From an uncultured Acidobacteriota bacterium (lineage in GTDB: Bacteria > Acidobacteriota > UBA6911), in contig CAWHCF010000010.1 of NCBI GenBank assembly GCA_963827655.1, positions 1 through 64,000 of the forward strand: a stretch of 64,000 nt of DNA, given 5' to 3'. Below, piece by piece: positions 60,635 through 64,000 of the stretch. Positions within the stretch are counted from its first letter, which is position 1. Every line of letters begins with the position of its first letter. Below the pieces are notes generated by a model that was not told the origin of the DNA, did not search any database, and saw only the letters and a list, made by a program, of their open reading frames with translations. A program made the translations under genes and the position numbers.

Positions 60635-61681
60635 ATGGATGCGGAATCAAGATTCCTGCGGGCCGGCCGGCTTCAAATAACCGACAGTACGCCGGTCTGG
60701 TTCATGCGGCAGGCAGGCCGCTATCTGGCCGAGTATCGCAAGATCCGAGAGAAGTGCGGTCTTCTGGAGATGTTCAAAACGCCGGAGATCGCGGTCGAAG
60801 TCACGCTGCAGCCCTTGAAGATCTTGCCCGTCGATGCCGCGATTATCTTTGCCGATATCCTCCTCCCGCTGGAACCTATGGGGATAGCCCTGGAGTACTC
60901 GAAAGACGAAGGTCCAGTGATCCACAACCCCGTGCGGACGGGCGCCGACGCGCGCGCGCTTCGCGTGCCCGATCCTGAAGAGGAACTCGGTTATGTTCTC
61001 AGCAGCCTCCGGCTCGCGCGGGCCGAGCTCAACGGCAGGGTTCCATTGATCGGCTTCGGAGGAGCTCCCTTTACCCTGGCGAGCTACATGATCGAGGGGG
61101 GGACCGGACGGAATTACCTGATGACCAAGAAGTTGATGTATGGAGAGGGAGACACCTGGTCGGTTCTGATGACCAAAGTGGCGCAGACGATCAGCCGGTA
61201 TCTACTCGCCCAGGTGAAGGCGGGCGCTCAGGTCATCCAGTTATTCGATTCATGGGTGGGATGCCTGAGTCCCTCCGACTACCGGGAATATGTCTTGCCC
61301 TATTCCAGAATGGTTTTTCAAGCCCTCGAGGAACAGGGTGTACTCTCGATACATTTCGGCACTGGAACGGCCGACCTGCTCCCCTGGATGCGGCAAGCGG
61401 GGGGCGATGTCATCGGCGTAGACTGGCGGACGCCGCTGGATGATGCCTGGGCTCGCGTGGGCGATGGAGCCGGCGTTCAGGGAAATCTCGATCCGGCCAC
61501 ATTGATGGCTCCCTGGACCGTTGTGCGAGAACGAGCGCGGGAGATCCTCGATCGCGCCGGGGGTCGTCCCGGTCACATTTTCAACCTCGGCCATGGAATT
61601 CTGCCTCAAACCCCCGTGGACTCAGTCAAGGCGCTGGCAGACTTCGTGCACGAGTACACGTCGGTTAGCCGTGATCACTGA
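60635..61681 (+). CDS. hemE: Uroporphyrinogen decarboxylase
   Basis: PVWFMRQAGRYL, GAPFTLASY, QLFDSW, QGNLDP, IFNLGHG. Confidence 0.96.
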   Translation: MDAESRFLRAGRLQITDSTPVWFMRQAGRYLAEYRKIREKCGLLEMFKTPEIAVEVTLQPLKILPVDAAIIFADILLPLEPMGIALEYSKDEGPVIHNPVRTGADARALRVPDPEEELGYVLSSLRLARAELNGRVPLIGFGGAPFTLASYMIEGGTGRNYLMTKKLMYGEGDTWSVLMTKVAQTISRYLLAQVKAGAQVIQLFDSWVGCLSPSDYREYVLPYSRMVFQALEEQGVLSIHFGTGTADLLPWMRQAGGDVIGVDWRTPLDDAWARVGDGAGVQGNLDPATLMAPWTVVRERAREILDRAGGRPGHIFNLGHGILPQTPVDSVKALADFVHEYTSVSRDH

Positions 61682-61685
61682 ACCT

Positions 61686-63015
61686 GTCGATGGCGAATTG
61701 CTAATTTGGGGCATTTCTTGGATTTCGCGCTCTGTTACGATGCTCTGTCATGCGTGATCTAGCTGTACTTTTCATCCATCTCATTACGACGATCGCCCGA
61801 CTCGCAGGTCCCGGCGGCGCGCGTTCTGTGGTCGCCGAATCTGTTCTGGTCAAGCAGCAGCTCCTGATCCTGAATCGTTCCCGACACCGTTCACCCAATC
61901 TGCGCGTCTGCGATCGCGTCGTCGCCGGCTTGTGTGCTCTCCTCATGCGCCCCGGCCGCCTGATCCGTTCCGCAATCGTTTTGAAACCGTCAACTCTCTT
62001 GAGCCTTCATCGAGCGCTGAAGAACCGTAAGTACCGGCTACTGTTCTCGCCCAAACTGCGGAAGAAGCCGGGCCCAAAAGGACCGAGCCCAGAAGTCATT
62101 GCAGCGGTTGTCCAAATGAAGCAACGGAATCACCCTCTGCCACCCGCGCATGCCGTTCCAACGTGGGGCTGTCCGCGTATCGCCCAACAAATCGCTTTGG
62201 CTTTCAATATTCAAATCAACAAGGATGTGGTTCGGCGGATTCTCGCTGCTCGTTACCAACCAGAGCCAGACTCGGCTGGTCCTTCATGGCTCACTTTCCT
62301 AGGTCACATGAAGGACAGCCTTTGGAGCCTCGACCTCTTTCGATGCGAATCCGCAACCTTGCGGACACATTGGGTTCTGGTCGTGATGGACCAATTCACG
62401 CGGCGCATTGTTGGGTTTGGTGTTCACGGCGGCATCGTGGATGGAGTGGCGCTATGCCGGATGTTCAATCGAGCGATTCGCGGGCAAAGTCTGCCAAAAT
62501 ACCTCAGCTCGGATCATGATCCGCTGTATCGGTTCCACCAATGGCAAGCCAATCTTCGAGTACTCGAGGTGACGGAAATCAAGACGGTGCCTTACGTGCC
62601 GCTCTCGCATCCGTTCGTAGAACGCCTTATCGGTACGGTTCGGCGCGAATACCTCGACCGGATTCTATTCTGGACCACGGCAGATCTGGAGACGAAGCTA
62701 CTCGATTTCCAACATTACTATAACAGTCATCGAACGCATGCCGGCCTGGACGGGCGCACGCGGAACCGAGCCTTGACGCATGTCGCTCACATGCAAGTTT
62801 CAGGTCATACCGATGGCAGCAGCATTGTCGCGGACTCTATCAAACGCCAATAGCGGCATGAAGCTCTGCAGTGGTGAGCGTCAGGCAAGTGAATAGGACT
62901 GAGCAATGGCTCAGCGCGTCGGACTAACACGTTCGCCTTTGAATAGCCCGGTTTCAACCTGGTTGCCGCGTTTGAAAATCGGAAAATCGAAGGATTGCGA
63001 CAATTCGTCCTGGAC
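61686..63015 (+). mobile_element. Putative IS carrying an rve integrase-core transposase; ends tentative
   Basis: Imperfect IR GTCGATGGCGAATTG (~61687) / CAATTCGTCCTGGAC (63001) flanking the transposase. Confidence 0.5.
61750..62861 (+). CDS. Integrase-core (rve, DDE) transposase, frameshift near 62760
   Basis: WSLDLF, SSDHD, VERLIGTVRREYLD, YYNSHRTH; the C-terminus YRWQQHCRGLYQTPIAA* lies in another frame. Confidence 0.85.
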
Positions 63016-63124
63016 GCGTGGATGGAAATGACGGCAATTCGGAATTCGCCAGGAACACCATGGATGCCGACATTCGGCTCGTCGCGCTTCTTTGGAGTAA
63101 CATGCGAAACCTCAGGAGGCCCCA

Positions 63125-64000
63125 ATGGAATGCCACGAGTGCGGCGCTGCAGTGTCAGTGGACGCAAAATTTTGCTGGAGTTGCGGTGCCCCCATCCAGA
63201 CGCTGCACTCTGTAACCGATCCGCTCCGCGTCGCTTTGGAAAAAGCCATAGGTTTTCAGTATCGAATCGAGCGTCTCCTGGGGCGTGGGGGGATGGGTGC
63301 AGTTTATCTGGCGCACGAACTGGCTCTTGACCGAGATGTCGCGATTAAGGTCTTGCCTCCAGAACACGCCGGTGCCGCTCAGTTACGAGACCGATTCCTC
63401 CGTGAAGCGCGTACGGCTGCTCGACTGAATCACCCGAACATTGTTCCCCTGTACACCTTCGGTGAAGTTCATGGCCTTGTCTTTTTCGTGATGGGCTACG
63501 TTCCTGGCGAGTCGCTCGCTTCGCGACTGACTCGGGGAGGCCCCCTTGCATCCGACGAAGTGAGGCGGCTGCTTGCCGAACTCGCGGATGCGTTAGCGTA
63601 TGCGCACCGGCTTGGCGTCATTCATCGCGACGTTAAGCCGGATAACATCCTGATTGACGCCGATACCGGCTCTCCCCGCTTAACGGATTTCGGAATTGCA
63701 AAGGCCTCGTTTACCGATGCGAGGCTCACGCTCGAAGGTCAGTTAATCGGCACGCCAGCCTATATGTCGCCGGAGCAGGCGCTCGGGCACACGGACATCG
63801 ACGCGCGCACCGATATCTACTCGCTGGGGATTGTGGGGTTCCAGTTGGTATCGGGCCGCCTTCCGTTCGAAGCGGCTGCTCCAGTGGACGCCCTAAGGCA
63901 GCGACTCACGACACAACCGCAGCGACTCCGCATCGTGGTGCCGAGCGTCGCGGAAGATCTGGCTGTCGCGATCGATCGATGCCTGGAACGGGATCCCTCG
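63125..64000 (+). CDS. Ser/Thr protein kinase with N-terminal zinc ribbon (runs off window)
   Basis: Not in the ORF track. MECHECG...KFCWSCG, LGRGGMGAVY, VAIK, HRDVKPDN, DFG, GTPAYMSPE; SD GGAGG. Confidence 0.92.
   Translation, partial: MECHECGAAVSVDAKFCWSCGAPIQTLHSVTDPLRVALEKAIGFQYRIERLLGRGGMGAVYLAHELALDRDVAIKVLPPEHAGAAQLRDRFLREARTAARLNHPNIVPLYTFGEVHGLVFFVMGYVPGESLASRLTRGGPLASDEVRRLLAELADALAYAHRLGVIHRDVKPDNILIDADTGSPRLTDFGIAKASFTDARLTLEGQLIGTPAYMSPEQALGHTDIDARTDIYSLGIVGFQLVSGRLPFEAAAPVDALRQRLTTQPQRLRIVVPSVAEDLAVAIDRCLERDPS

Overview
GC-rich bacterial chromosomal window; the gene content suggests Acidobacteriota, which is an inference. Housekeeping and accessory content: a phoB-phoU-pstBBACS phosphate operon with a Pho-box-like array, a Ni/Co ECF transporter, thiC, a truncated haemoglobin, DmpA, an aroF DAHP synthase, two LysR regulators, an M61 peptidase, a type III PKS plus methyltransferase, gltB, an RND pump, hemE, and at the right end an rve-type IS and a Ser/Thr kinase. 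Main observations: (1) Two near-identical IS110/IS1111-type elements carry, in their 3' non-coding end, a readable bridge/seek-RNA-like structure. Its target loop (AAGAAACACT / TCTTAG, CT core) matches a short repeat family dispersed through this window's intergenic regions. Both copies sit in that repeat, and empty predicted sites remain. (2) A MITE family also inserts into the same repeat. (3) An unannotated leader peptide with YFWYFF and a full attenuator lies upstream of aroF. (4) A candidate structured ncRNA is the only apparent divergent target of a LysR gene. (5) The two PstB paralogues have complementary degenerate motifs, predicting an asymmetric ATPase. About ten genes show single-base frameshifts, probably assembly indels.
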